From Acidobacteriota bacterium (GTDB taxonomy: Bacteria > Acidobacteriota > CAIWXX01), in NCBI GenBank assembly GCA_040755995.1, contig JBFMAF010000009.1, forward strand, positions 1 to 64,000: DNA of 64,000 nucleotides, written 5' to 3'. The number at the start of each line of letters is the position of its first letter. Position 1 is the first letter of the stretch. The translations under genes and the position numbers were made by a program. Below are positions 27,267 through 37,675 of the stretch, in pieces. The notes beneath the pieces were generated by a model. It searched no databases and had not been told where the DNA came from. It worked only from the letters and a program-made list of their open reading frames with translations.

Positions 27267-28495
27267 TAGATCAGGTGGCTGAGGAATCCGTCTCTCAGCT
27301 TCGGCTCGAACCAGGTCGACTTTGGAGGCATGATCTCGCCTGCATCCGCGACGGCGAAAAGGTCGTCCATCGTCACCGGGTAGAGTGAGAAGGCCACGGC
27401 CATCTCGCCCGAGTTCACGCGCCGCTCCAGCTCGGCCGTTCCGCGAATCCCGCCGACGAAATCGATCCGCTTGTCGGTGCGGGGATCCTGGATTCCGAGC
27501 AGTGGGCTCAGAAGCTCGTCTTGCAGGACGCTCACGTCGAGGGTATCGATCGGGCCCTTGCGCGCAGGCGCGCTCGGGAGACGCCTCAGCAGATACCACT
27601 TGCCTTGAAGGTACATGGCGAAGTCACCCTTGGCGCGCGGGGATGCCGGCCCGTCGGGCTGCACCACAAAGTGTGCCCTCACACGATCGAGAAACTCGGC
27701 CGGACTGCACCGAAGATCTCGCGCGACGCGGTTGTACGGCATGATGCGGAGCTGCTCGGCCGGGAACACCACCGCGAGGAAGTAGTTGTACTCTTCTTCG
27801 CCGGTGTGGCTCGGGTTGGCCGTGCGCATCGTCGTGCGCGCGCGTGCGGCGCTGGCCGCGCGGTGGTGCCCATCCGCGATGTAGAGCTGCGGCACCTGCT
27901 CGAAGGCCTGGATCAAGGCACCGGTCAGCTCGCCCGGCACTCGCCAGATCGTGTGGGCGATTCCGTCCGGTGCCGTCACGTCGAAGAGGGGCGCGCCCGC
28001 GGTGACGCGGTCCACGATCGAGTTGATGGCCGCTACACCTCGATATGCCAGGAACACCGGGCCGGTCTGCGCGCGGAGGGTCGTGATGTGGCGAGTGCGA
28101 TCGTCCTCCTTGTCACGGCGCGTCTTCTCGTGCTTCAGTATCTTGTTCGCTTCGTACTCGTCAACCGAGAAGGCCGCGCAGATGCCGGTCTGCGAGTGGT
28201 CGCCCATCTTCAAGCGATAGACGTACAGGCTCGGCTCGGCCTCCTTCACCAGCGGCGCGTCCTTTCTCAGCTTCTCGAAATTGGCCCGCGCCCGCTCGTA
28301 GACCTGGTCGGCGTACGGGTTGACGCCGTCGGCGAGCTCGAGCTCCGCGCGCGACACCCGCAGGAAGCTCCACGGGTTCCCCTCCGAGAACTGCCGTGCC
28401 TCCGCCACATTCACCACGTCATACGGCACTGCGGACACCTGGGCCGCCATCGCCGGCTCCGGGCGCAACGCCGGAAAGGCATGTATCTTCGACAT
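27266..28495 (-). CDS. DUF1015 family protein (ParB/sulfiredoxin-like motif)
   Basis: VPYDVV, HEKTRRDKEDDR, LYIADGHHR, RIDFVGGIRG, IMPPKSTWFEPKLRDG. Confidence 0.9.
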   Translation of the reverse strand: MSKIHAFPALRPEPAMAAQVSAVPYDVVNVAEARQFSEGNPWSFLRVSRAELELADGVNPYADQVYERARANFEKLRKDAPLVKEAEPSLYVYRLKMGDHSQTGICAAFSVDEYEANKILKHEKTRRDKEDDRTRHITTLRAQTGPVFLAYRGVAAINSIVDRVTAGAPLFDVTAPDGIAHTIWRVPGELTGALIQAFEQVPQLYIADGHHRAASAARARTTMRTANPSHTGEEEYNYFLAVVFPAEQLRIMPYNRVARDLRCSPAEFLDRVRAHFVVQPDGPASPRAKGDFAMYLQGKWYLLRRLPSAPARKGPIDTLDVSVLQDELLSPLLGIQDPRTDKRIDFVGGIRGTAELERRVNSGEMAVAFSLYPVTMDDLFAVADAGEIMPPKSTWFEPKLRDGFLSHLI

Positions 28496-28551
28496 CAGTT
28501 CCTCCTCACACGAATCTGGGCCGCTTGATGCCAGGGCCCCGATGATTCACA

Positions 28552-29844
28552 CTACAACCTGAGTATGCGCAGCAGATCGCTGCTCCGTACGGCCCCGCGC
28601 ACCTTGCCCTTCCGATCCAGGACGACGGCGAAATCCTTGTTCTCGCTCAGCATCCGGGCAATGAGGTCTTCGACTCGAGTGTCGGCGGAGACCGTCAGCA
28701 CGTCGGGATTCATGAATTCCTTGACACGCATGGCGCGAGCCGCCGCAGGGGCGACGGGTACCGCAACCGGGCGAGCTGGTGGGCGCGTCTCCAGAATGCG
28801 GCGGTTGATATACGAGTAGAAGTCGTAGGACGGCACGCGGCTCAATCCGAGGGGCATCGGGAGGAGCGGCTCTTTCTCGACCGCCTTCAGGTGGCTCTCG
28901 AGGGCAGTCATGCGAGTCTGCCTGTCGACGAGCAGCAGGTAGCGGAGCGAGCTGTCCGGCACTGAGTGCTCGTGCCCTTCCGGGATTGCCGACAACCTCG
29001 CAAACTGCAGCACCTCGTCCCAGCCTATCCCCAGGTCCTTGATGCCGCCGGCAATGATGCCGGCGATGTCCTCGTCCTGGTCGGAATACTTCGGGACGTA
29101 TTTCTCCAACGTGTCGACGGCATCGGCGAGGAAGACGCCGAGAGCCACGTCGCGCCCATAGAGCAGCCCGGCAACCACGATGGCGGAGTCGTCTGACTGG
29201 CCCGGGCCGACCCGGTGCCGGATATACACGTGGCGGTAGTTGCCGTTGGCGCTTCCGTGATAGCGATCTTCCCCGACGATCAGGCCCTTGGCGCGATACT
29301 CCCCTATGCTGTCAGCGTGAGGCCCGTGGGCGAGCTTCTCGCAGTCGAGCCCCATCCGGCGCAGCACCTGCATGTCGACGAAGTAGTGCTCGCCTCCACC
29401 GATCTTGACTCCGTACTTCTCCTCGGCCTCCCGCCGTACCTCACTGTTGTCACGCTTGCCGCCGAGATAGAGCCCACGACACACATCCACCGCGTCGACG
29501 GTCAGGTCCTTCAGGAAAGGGATCCGGAGAAAAGGCTCGCCCTGGTCGTTCACCAACCGTTCCGGGCGGTCGCCGGCGACGCTCTTCTCGGCGAACTGTC
29601 GGATCTCGTCGATCAGCCGCTGCCTGGCTGCGCGGATCGCCGCCGTGTCCTTGCCCAGAAGTTTCACGATGTCATCGATCGTCAGATCCACATACCGGTT
29701 CTTCTGGAAGGTGCCTGCGCCGTTGTGGGCGTGCCCCTCAATCGACTGCATGAAGATCAGCTCCTCGGTCTGATGATCCGTGCGAAGGCGCTCCGAATTC
29801 AGCAGGTTCTCGAAATCGCGACGGACAAGATCCTTGAGGTGCAT
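28552..29844 (-). CDS. uncharacterised protein with C-terminal CBS domain
   Basis: GAGGAGG RBS; C-terminal MRVKEFMNPDVLTVSAD...VVLDRKGKVRGAVRSSDLLR; conserved-looking core with a paralogous remnant at 22.4 kb. Confidence 0.8.
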   Translation of the reverse strand: MHLKDLVRRDFENLLNSERLRTDHQTEELIFMQSIEGHAHNGAGTFQKNRYVDLTIDDIVKLLGKDTAAIRAARQRLIDEIRQFAEKSVAGDRPERLVNDQGEPFLRIPFLKDLTVDAVDVCRGLYLGGKRDNSEVRREAEEKYGVKIGGGEHYFVDMQVLRRMGLDCEKLAHGPHADSIGEYRAKGLIVGEDRYHGSANGNYRHVYIRHRVGPGQSDDSAIVVAGLLYGRDVALGVFLADAVDTLEKYVPKYSDQDEDIAGIIAGGIKDLGIGWDEVLQFARLSAIPEGHEHSVPDSSLRYLLLVDRQTRMTALESHLKAVEKEPLLPMPLGLSRVPSYDFYSYINRRILETRPPARPVAVPVAPAAARAMRVKEFMNPDVLTVSADTRVEDLIARMLSENKDFAVVLDRKGKVRGAVRSSDLLRILRL

Positions 29845-30010
29845 ACCGTTCCTCCTCGGCTGCCCATTCTATACAGCGTGTGGTGAGTCCACAATAGGTC
29901 CGGTAAGGTTCGGCAGCCCAGCGCGATAGTCGTCGCGATCGTGAACGCCGGCGTCGGCGTGAAAGGAGCGCCGTGGTGCCCCAAGCCAGGGCGAGCGCCG
30001 CTCGCCCCTA

Positions 30011-30820
30011 TCAGCTCACCTGACCGGGTTGGTATGAGGCTACGAGGAGGATCTCGTCCCGCGCTTCTTCCTGGGCCGAGAGGTCGATGAAGTAGCCGAA
30101 CATGAGCGGCACGGCCTCGACGCTCAGCAGCGGTCTGAGCCGGGAGAGCACTGCGCGGAACTGTGACACCTCTCTCCTGTAGATCCTGGACTTCGCCTCG
30201 CCGATCAGAGCGATAGGGCCATCGCCTCGTGTACCGTCGCCGTAGAGATCGACTTCGATCGTCTCGCTGCCCACACGGAACTGCCGTCTCTCCAAACGAG
30301 GCACATTCAGCCCGAAACGCTTCGACAAGTATGCCGGAAGGATGGTGCGCCCAATGTCTTCCAGCCCAAAGCCGATCACATCGCTCAGCGCGCCAACCTG
30401 CCTGCTCAGCTGGGTCATCTGGAATGCCAGCTCCTTGACGGATGCATCGGTGCGCGCCTGCGCCTCGCCCAGGCGCTCGATGGCGGCCTCGACTCGTGTA
30501 AGGCGCTCCTCGCTCCGAGCCTGGGCCTCTGTCAGGCGCTCGACTGCGGCCTCGACTCGTGTAAGGCGCTCCTCGCTCCGAGCCTGCGCCTCGGTCAGGC
30601 GCTCGACGGCAGCCTCGACGCGCGTAAGGCGCTCTTCGCCCCGCGCCTGCGCGTCGGCCAGGCGCTCGATGGCGGCCTCGACCCGGTCCATCCGGTTCGT
30701 CGTCTCGCGCCGAAATGCATCGAATGTCTCGCGGTCGGGGCGCAGGTCCTTCAGCTTGTCATCTATCACAGCGGCGACGAACTTGTAGAGCTCCGGCGCC
30801 AACACCCCCTCGGTTGCCAT
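30011..30820 (-). CDS. coiled-coil repeat protein with C-terminal PD-(D/E)xK nuclease-like domain
   Basis: AGGAGG RBS; 21-aa repeats RVEAAVERLTEAQARSEERLT; GFGLED...EVDLYG...IGEAKSR. Confidence 0.8.
   Translation of the reverse strand: MATEGVLAPELYKFVAAVIDDKLKDLRPDRETFDAFRRETTNRMDRVEAAIERLADAQARGEERLTRVEAAVERLTEAQARSEERLTRVEAAVERLTEAQARSEERLTRVEAAIERLGEAQARTDASVKELAFQMTQLSRQVGALSDVIGFGLEDIGRTILPAYLSKRFGLNVPRLERRQFRVGSETIEVDLYGDGTRGDGPIALIGEAKSRIYRREVSQFRAVLSRLRPLLSVEAVPLMFGYFIDLSAQEEARDEILLVASYQPGQVS
30471..30685. repeat. 63-bp intragenic tandem repeat, about 3.4 copies
   Basis: Units starting AGGCGCTCGA at 30471, 30534, 30597, 30660. Confidence 0.9.
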
Positions 30821-30967
30821 CTCGCCTCCTGAGACCCATGGTACCACACCGATCCCCACCCAGCAATGCCCAGTCCGACCTCCCGACCTCGCCGCCCCAC
30901 GTCTACCTTCACGGACAGGAACGGACGCACCAACGTCGGTGCCCGAACGGGCGACCGCCGCTCGACC

Positions 30968-31588
30968 CTACGGGCGAATCACGGTGCGTCGCCCGTCGAT
31001 TGCGACCTTGCCTCGCAGCACCAGGTCGATTGCGCGCCAGTAGGTGTCGTGCTCCTTCTTGAGTATCCGGGCGGAGAGAGTCTCCTCCGTGTCCTCATTC
31101 AGAACGTTCACGGCTTGCTGTATGACGATCGGCCCCGTGTCCACACCCTCGTCGACGAAGTGTACCGTGCAGCCGGAGATCTTGACGCCGTAGTCCAGCG
31201 CCTGCTTCTGGGCGTGAAGTCCGGGGAATGACGGCAGGAGTGCCGGATGGATGTTCAGCATTCTGCCGCGGAACATTCGGACGAACTCGGGGCTCAATAT
31301 TCTCATCCATCCCGCCAGGCAGATCAGGTCAACGCCGCGCTCCTGGATCTCGCGCGCCACGGCCACGTCATACGCGACGCGGTCTGGATGCGCCTTGGGA
31401 TCGAGGAACACTGTGTGCAGCCCGCGCTCGGCCGCCGCCGCCAGTCCTCGAGCGTCCGCCTTGTTGCTGATCACCACCTCGATACGCGCCTGCAGATCGC
31501 CCGACCGAATTCGATCGGCGATGGCGACGAAGTTGGAGCCGCGGCCGGACAGCAGGATGGCCAGGGCGCGCCCGTCGGAGCTCATCAC
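30968..31588 (-). CDS. purN: phosphoribosylglycinamide formyltransferase
   Basis: LSGRGSNF, LAGWMRILS, NIHPALLPSFPG, GCTVHFVDEGVDTGPI. Confidence 0.97.
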   Translation of the reverse strand: MMSSDGRALAILLSGRGSNFVAIADRIRSGDLQARIEVVISNKADARGLAAAAERGLHTVFLDPKAHPDRVAYDVAVAREIQERGVDLICLAGWMRILSPEFVRMFRGRMLNIHPALLPSFPGLHAQKQALDYGVKISGCTVHFVDEGVDTGPIVIQQAVNVLNEDTEETLSARILKKEHDTYWRAIDLVLRGKVAIDGRRTVIRP

Positions 31589-32664
31589 GCGTCCACCAGC
31601 ATCACGCGCCTAGGGCCTCGAACGATCTCGCCGATGTCATAGTACGTCTCGCCGCGCCTTGAAAGGAACGAGGTGACACGGCCGAGGTCGCCTTCTCCTA
31701 CGATCAGAACCATCCCGACGCCCATGTTGAAGGTGCGGTGCATCTCGGCCTCGTCCAGCCCGGCGGCTTCCTGCATGAGCTTGAAGACCGGCAGCACCTC
31801 GAACGACCCTCGCCTGATCCGCGCCCGGCAGCCGCGGGGCAGAATCCGCTTGATGTTCTCGTAGAAGCCGCCGCCGGTGATGTGGGCAAGGCCGTGCAAT
31901 AGCCGTCTCGAAAGGAGCGGCTGGAGCAGTGGGTGGTAGGCACGGTGGACGGCCATCAGCGCCTCGGCCACCGTAGCCCCGAGCTCGGGCATGAAGCTCT
32001 CGGGGCGCAGCCGAAGCAGCTCGAAGAAGATCTTCCGCGCCAGCGTGAAGCCGTTGGTGTGGAGCCCGGTCGAGGGGAGGCCGAGCAGACGATCGCCCGG
32101 GCGGATTCTTGTTCCATCGATCAGCTTCCGGCGGTCCACGAGGCCGACGATGAACCCGGCGAGGTCATACTCCCCGCTCGGGTAGAACTCAGGCATCTCC
32201 GCCGTCTCGCCGCCGATCAGAGCCGTGCCGGTCTCGCGGCATGCGACGGCCATTCCCGCCACGATCTGTTCCACCACCTTCGGGTCGAGCCGGCCCATCG
32301 CGAGATAATCGAGGAAGAAGAGAGGCCTTGCGCCCTGCACCAGGATGTCATTCACGCAGTGGTTCACGAGATCCTGGCCGACAGTGCCGTGGATGCCCGT
32401 CATGAACGCAAGCTTGAGCTTGGTCCCGACTCCGTCGCAGCTGCTCACGAGCACCCGGGAGCCATCCCCTGCGCCAAGCCTGTACAGCCCTCCGAAAAGC
32501 CCGATGTCCGCCAGAACACTCCGGTTGAACGTGCTCCGCGTGCGCGCCTTGATCCGCGCAACCGCCTCGTTGCCGCGATCAATGTCGACACCAGCCGACG
32601 CGTAGGTGACTGGGCCCCTCTCCGTGTCTCCGCGTCCCCGCGTCACCGCGTCTACTTCCGCCAA
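31585..32664 (-). CDS. purM: phosphoribosylformylglycinamidine cyclo-ligase
   Basis: YASAGVDI, DGVGTK, GGETAEMP, HITGGG, TFNMGVG. Confidence 0.97.
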   Translation of the reverse strand: MAEVDAVTRGRGDTERGPVTYASAGVDIDRGNEAVARIKARTRSTFNRSVLADIGLFGGLYRLGAGDGSRVLVSSCDGVGTKLKLAFMTGIHGTVGQDLVNHCVNDILVQGARPLFFLDYLAMGRLDPKVVEQIVAGMAVACRETGTALIGGETAEMPEFYPSGEYDLAGFIVGLVDRRKLIDGTRIRPGDRLLGLPSTGLHTNGFTLARKIFFELLRLRPESFMPELGATVAEALMAVHRAYHPLLQPLLSRRLLHGLAHITGGGFYENIKRILPRGCRARIRRGSFEVLPVFKLMQEAAGLDEAEMHRTFNMGVGMVLIVGEGDLGRVTSFLSRRGETYYDIGEIVRGPRRVMLVDA

Positions 32665-32670
32665 GCCACG

Positions 32671-34128
32671 CTACTCACGGCGGACAAGCTGGGGGGACTC
32701 GACCAGCCGCAGCGTCGGCTCCTCGGGCTCCTCCGCATGGAACAGCCGAAGCTGTGACAGGTTCTCACGCGGAAACTCGACCGGGTAGTTCAGCGTGTAG
32801 CACGCCGTACAGTATGAGGCACCGTTGCCTACGGCCGCCAGCAGTCCTTCCAGGCTGAGGTAGCCGAGCGAATCCGCATCCAGATACTCTCGAATCTCCT
32901 CGACCGAATGGTTGGAAGCGATCAGATCGCGCCGGAACGGCGTGTCGATGCCGTAGTAGCACGAGCCGATCGTGGGAGGGCAGCTGACGCGGAAATGCAC
33001 CTCACGCGCCCCTCCCATTCTGAGCATCCGCACGATCTTCCGGCTGGTTGTGCCGCGGACAATCGAATCGTCGGTGACAACGACCCGCTTCCCTTCAAGA
33101 AGGCTGCGCACCGGGTTCAGCTTCACCCGGACGCTGAAGTTGCGGATCGATTGCCTCGGCTCGATAAAGCTTCGCCCCACATAGTGGTTCCGTATCAGCG
33201 CGAACTCGAACGGAATGCCGGATTCCTGCGAGTACCCGATCGCAGCGCAGACACCCGAGTCTGGAACGGGCACTACGATATCCGCCTCCGCCGGGTGCTC
33301 GCGCGCGAGGTAGCGACCGAGCAGGTTGCGAGACTGATTGACACTGCGACCGAAAACGACACTGTCCGGGCGCGAGAAGTAGACGTGCTCGAATATGCAG
33401 TGCGCCGGCTTCTCCTCGGGGAACGGCTTCAGCGATTTGACCCCTTCGTTCGAGATCACCACGACCTCGCCCGGCTCCACATCCCTGATCCATGTTGCAT
33501 CGACGATGTCGAACGCACAGGTTTCGGACCCCACCAGCATCGAGTTCCCGAGCCGCCCGATCGAAAGCGGACGGAAGCCGTGGGGATCACGCGCCGCGAA
33601 CAGCCGGTCGGCCGTCAGGAAAACGAGCGAAAACGCCCCCTTGATCTGCATCAGCGCCTCGCACATCGCATCTTCGATCGACGCGGCACGCGAGCGCGCG
33701 ATGAGATGGAGGATCACCTCGCTGTCGGATGTCGACTGGAAGATCGCCCCTTCCTTCTCGAGCTCGCTCCGTATCTGAAACGCATTCACCAGGTTGCCGT
33801 TGTGGGCGAGAGCGATCTGGCCGCGATGGCTGTCGATCAAGATCGGCTGGGCATTCACGAGCTGACTCTCGCCGGCCGTCGAGTAGCGCACGTGCCCGAT
33901 GGCGTGAGGGCCGCGCATGGCGGCGAGGTCGTGCTCGCGGAAGATGTCGACCACGTGCCCCATCCCGCGCGCGGCCCGCAGCCTGCGGCCGTTCCGGTAC
34001 ACGATTCCGCCGCTCTCCTGGCCGCGGTGCTGGAGGGCATAGAGACCGAGAAACGTCACGCGCGCCGCCTCGGGGTGAGCGAAGGCGCCGAACACACCGC
34101 ACTCTTCTCTGAACTTGTCCTTCACCAT
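32671..34128 (-). CDS. purF: amidophosphoribosyltransferase
   Basis: Propeptide MVKDKFREE/CGVFG; LQHRGQES; GHVRYST; DDSIVRGTT; YYGID; C-terminal CTAC. Confidence 0.97.
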   Translation of the reverse strand: MVKDKFREECGVFGAFAHPEAARVTFLGLYALQHRGQESGGIVYRNGRRLRAARGMGHVVDIFREHDLAAMRGPHAIGHVRYSTAGESQLVNAQPILIDSHRGQIALAHNGNLVNAFQIRSELEKEGAIFQSTSDSEVILHLIARSRAASIEDAMCEALMQIKGAFSLVFLTADRLFAARDPHGFRPLSIGRLGNSMLVGSETCAFDIVDATWIRDVEPGEVVVISNEGVKSLKPFPEEKPAHCIFEHVYFSRPDSVVFGRSVNQSRNLLGRYLAREHPAEADIVVPVPDSGVCAAIGYSQESGIPFEFALIRNHYVGRSFIEPRQSIRNFSVRVKLNPVRSLLEGKRVVVTDDSIVRGTTSRKIVRMLRMGGAREVHFRVSCPPTIGSCYYGIDTPFRRDLIASNHSVEEIREYLDADSLGYLSLEGLLAAVGNGASYCTACYTLNYPVEFPRENLSQLRLFHAEEPEEPTLRLVESPQLVRRE

Positions 34129-34220
34129 CCCACCCTCCAGCGGAAGGCAACCGGCACGGCGTGGCCGGCGGGCGCGGCGAGGCACGGCCCGGCCGGTCAT
34201 GACACGTGTCTGACGTGGTC

Positions 34221-36431
34221 TCACCCGAGGCACTCTCCCAAGGCGTTGAAGTATGCCGAACTGAGCTTGTGCATCGGCACCTCAACCACCTTCCTACCCG
34301 CCCACTTCAATCTTAGCGCATTCGGGGCTACAATTCCCAATCTTTTTAGCGGGCAGCCGAGGGAACCAGCCAGGCCCAGGAGGTTGTTCTCCTCGTCGCC
34401 CGGACGCACACTCAGGACCACTCGGCTGCTCCCCTCGCCGAACAGCGCCGCGTCGATCGTGGCTGCGCCGGCGGATTCTGCGTCGAGATCGAGCGTCATC
34501 CCGTTGAGCGCTTCCGGAGCCAGGCCGCACTCCACGAGCGCGACGAGCAGGCCGCCGTCCGAGCAGTCGTGTGCCGACCGCACCAGACCTGATGCGGCGG
34601 CCCGAATGCAGAGCTCCTGCACCGCCTTCTCCGCCTGCAAGTCGCAAGCAGCCGGCCAGCCGGCCGTGAGCCGGTGGATCGTTTTCAGGAACTCGCTGGC
34701 CCCGAGCGAGACGCGCCCGGCACCGGCGAGGTAGATAACGTCTCCGTCATCCTTGAACCACGGCGTGACGGCCCTGGCTGCCTGCTCGATCAGACCCAGT
34801 ACCCCGATCACAGGGGTCGGGGGGATTGCTCGACCGGACGTCTCGTTGTAAAAGCTCACATTCCCGCCGGTGATCGGGATGCCGAGCACGCGGCAGGCGT
34901 CGGCCATCCCATCTATGACCTCGCAGAACTGTCCCATGATCTCGGGCTTTTCCGGGTTGCCGAAATTCAGGCAGTCGGTGGCTCCTATCGGGCGCGCTCC
35001 GGCGCACGCCACATTCCGCGCGGCCTCGGCCACCGCCGCTCGCGCGCCCCGTCCCGGATGAGCCGCGCAGTAACGCCCGTTGCCGTCGACGCTGATCGCG
35101 ACGGCCTTCGCTGTGCCCTTGATCCTGAGCACGCTGGCGTCGCCTCCCGGCAGGATCAGCGTGTTGGTGCGCACAGTGTGATCGTACTGCTCGTAGACCC
35201 ATCGCTTGCTGGCGACGGACGGGGCGCGGAGGACCTTGATGAGCGCCTCCTCGACATTCGTCTTGGGCAGATCGGGCAGCGGGTCCTCGTGATAAGCCGG
35301 AGCCTTCATCGGGCGCTCGTAGACCGGCGCCTCGTCCATGAGGAAACGATTGGGGATCGTGGCCAGCACCTTCTCGCCATGGCGGACGCGCAGGACCGGC
35401 TCGGCGATGACCCTCCCCACGACCACCGAGTCCAATCCCCACTTGTGGAATACCCTCTGGAGGTCAGCCTCGCGCCCGTGCTCGGTCACCAGTAGCATTC
35501 TCTCTTGCGACTCCGACAGCATGATCTCCTTCGGCGTCATGCCGTCTTCGCGCAGCGGCACCTTCGAGATGTCCAGATCTACGCCCGTGTGCGCGCGGGC
35601 CCCCATCTCGGTGCTGGAACAGGTGAGTCCCGCGGCTCCCATGTCCTGGATGCCCACGATCAGGCCCTTCTTCATGGCTTCGAGACACGCTTCCAGCAGG
35701 AGCTTCTCCATGAAGGGGTCGCCCACCTGCACATTCGGACGCTTCGCCTGGGCGTCTTCGTTGAACTCCGCGGAGGCCATCGTCGCGCCATGGATGCCGT
35801 CGCGGCCCGTCCCGGCGCCGACGTAGATCACCGGATTCCCGATGCCCTTCGCCTTGGCATAGACGATGGCCTTGTGCCGGAGGATGCCGAGGCAGAGCAC
35901 GTTGACAAGAGGATTGGCCGTGTAGCCCTCGTCGAATTGGATCTCCCCACCGGTTGTCGGGATGCCCATGCAGTTGCCGTAGCTGGAAATGCCCGAGACC
36001 ACCCCCCTGAGCAGGCGCCGGTTCTGCGCCTGCGAGAGCTCGCCGAAGCGGAGGCTGTTGAGAAGAGCGATCGGGCGAGCCCCCATCGTGAAAACGTCGC
36101 GGATTATGCCGCCGACTCCGGTGGCCGCGCCCTGGAACGGCTCTATGAACGACGGGTGGTTGTGCGATTCGATCTTGAAGACCACCGCCAGCGCGTCGCC
36201 GATATCGACGATGCCCGCGTTCTCGCCCGGGCCCTGCATCACCCGCTCGCCGCGCGTCGGCAGCCGCCGCAGATGCACCCGGCTGCTCTTGTAGCTGCAG
36301 TGCTCGGACCACATGACGGCGTATATCTGCAGCTCCAGCGCATTCGGCTGCCGCCCCAACTGCCGGCAGACGGTGTCGTACTCCTCCTGGGTGAGATTCA
36401 CATCCCGCAGAACCTTCTGATCGACACTCAC
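34221..36431 (-). CDS. purL: phosphoribosylformylglycinamidine synthase subunit PurL (small type)
   Basis: [33 protein letters not shown] start at 36431 overlaps purQ stop. Confidence 0.96.
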   Translation of the reverse strand: MSVDQKVLRDVNLTQEEYDTVCRQLGRQPNALELQIYAVMWSEHCSYKSSRVHLRRLPTRGERVMQGPGENAGIVDIGDALAVVFKIESHNHPSFIEPFQGAATGVGGIIRDVFTMGARPIALLNSLRFGELSQAQNRRLLRGVVSGISSYGNCMGIPTTGGEIQFDEGYTANPLVNVLCLGILRHKAIVYAKAKGIGNPVIYVGAGTGRDGIHGATMASAEFNEDAQAKRPNVQVGDPFMEKLLLEACLEAMKKGLIVGIQDMGAAGLTCSSTEMGARAHTGVDLDISKVPLREDGMTPKEIMLSESQERMLLVTEHGREADLQRVFHKWGLDSVVVGRVIAEPVLRVRHGEKVLATIPNRFLMDEAPVYERPMKAPAYHEDPLPDLPKTNVEEALIKVLRAPSVASKRWVYEQYDHTVRTNTLILPGGDASVLRIKGTAKAVAISVDGNGRYCAAHPGRGARAAVAEAARNVACAGARPIGATDCLNFGNPEKPEIMGQFCEVIDGMADACRVLGIPITGGNVSFYNETSGRAIPPTPVIGVLGLIEQAARAVTPWFKDDGDVIYLAGAGRVSLGASEFLKTIHRLTAGWPAACDLQAEKAVQELCIRAAASGLVRSAHDCSDGGLLVALVECGLAPEALNGMTLDLDAESAGAATIDAALFGEGSSRVVLSVRPGDEENNLLGLAGSLGCPLKRLGIVAPNALRLKWAGRKVVEVPMHKLSSAYFNALGECLG

Positions 36432-37150
36432 GAGTGTCCCCCTGCGATGACCTCTTCGAAGGTCGATATTACCGACTTGAACACGTCGAGACCGTCCTCG
36501 CTGCCCACCTCCGGCTCGCTTGCGCGCTCCGGATGCGGCATCAGCGCGACCACATTGCGCGCCCGGTTGCAAATTCCGGCGATGGACCCCATCGATCCGT
36601 TCGGATTCCAGTCCGGATCGACCTCGCCCTTGGGCGAGCAGTACCTGAAGATGATCCGGCCGTCGCCTTCCAGTTTCTTGAGCGTCTCGGCGTCCGCGTA
36701 GTAGTTGCCGACCATGTGGGCAATCGGAATCTTCAGCACCTGCCCCGGCTTCATCAGGCCGGTGAACGGCGTATCCGTCTTCTCGACGCGGATGTGCACC
36801 TGCTTGCAGATGAACCTCAGGCTGGCGTTCCGAAGCAGGGCGCCGTCGAGCGTCCCGGCCTCGGTAAGCACCTGGAATCCGTTGCAGATGCCCAAAACCG
36901 GCCCGCCTTTCTTCGCGAAAGCCGCGACCTCCTGCATGATCGGAGAGAACCTGGCCAGCGCGCCGCAGCGCAGGTAATCACCGTGCGCGAAGCCGCCGGG
37001 GAGAATTACGCAGTCGCTCTTGCGCAGGTCCCGCTCGCCATGCCACAAGAACTCAGCGTCCTGGCCCAGCACGTGTTTCACCACGTGGTAGGTGTCATGA
37101 TCGCAATTGCTGCCCGGAAAAACGACGATTCCGAATCTCATTTGTTCCAC
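36428..37150 (-). CDS. purQ: FGAM synthase glutaminase subunit PurQ
   Basis: [35 protein letters not shown]. Confidence 0.97.
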   Translation of the reverse strand: MEQMRFGIVVFPGSNCDHDTYHVVKHVLGQDAEFLWHGERDLRKSDCVILPGGFAHGDYLRCGALARFSPIMQEVAAFAKKGGPVLGICNGFQVLTEAGTLDGALLRNASLRFICKQVHIRVEKTDTPFTGLMKPGQVLKIPIAHMVGNYYADAETLKKLEGDGRIIFRYCSPKGEVDPDWNPNGSMGSIAGICNRARNVVALMPHPERASEPEVGSEDGLDVFKSVISTFEEVIAGGHS

Positions 37151-37423
37151 CTAACGAGGCGCAGCCTCTGACCAATCGGCACTTGACGTACCCGTACCCA
37201 GGCCGAATGCCGGTGCGCACACCCGTGCCCGGCCGGAGCCGCAATCGCGAACGGGTACGCACCGCGGTTGGGCATGGCGATGCCGCGCAGCCCCGAGAAC
37301 TAGACTAGGTTGCAACATGTCCTTCGCATCGAGCCGCCTGGCGAGGCACTGCCTACGCTCGATCCGCCGGCGCTGCGATGCCCGCGGCCGGTCCGATCGA
37401 GCGGGCCAGGCCCGCCGCGGCCG

Positions 37424-37675
37424 TCACTTCTCCATGATGCATTCGAAGGTCTCCAGAAGCGGATTGGAGAGCACCTCGCCGGCGACCTCCTTGGCCGCCG
37501 CCAGAGCGCTCGGCGCACTCTTGGCGCTGATGACGAGGTCGAACACCTTTCCCTGGCGCACGTCTTCGAATCCCTTCTTCTCCATGCCATCAATCACGTG
37601 CTTGATGGCGAGCCCCTGCGGGTCCAAGACCCCTTCCTTGAGGGTGACGATGACCCTCACCTTGTGCTTTTTCAT
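37424..37675 (-). CDS. purS: FGAM synthase subunit PurS
   Basis: VTLKEGVLDPQG...VRQGK...LSNPLLE. Confidence 0.93.
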   Translation of the reverse strand: MKKHKVRVIVTLKEGVLDPQGLAIKHVIDGMEKKGFEDVRQGKVFDLVISAKSAPSALAAAKEVAGEVLSNPLLETFECIMEK

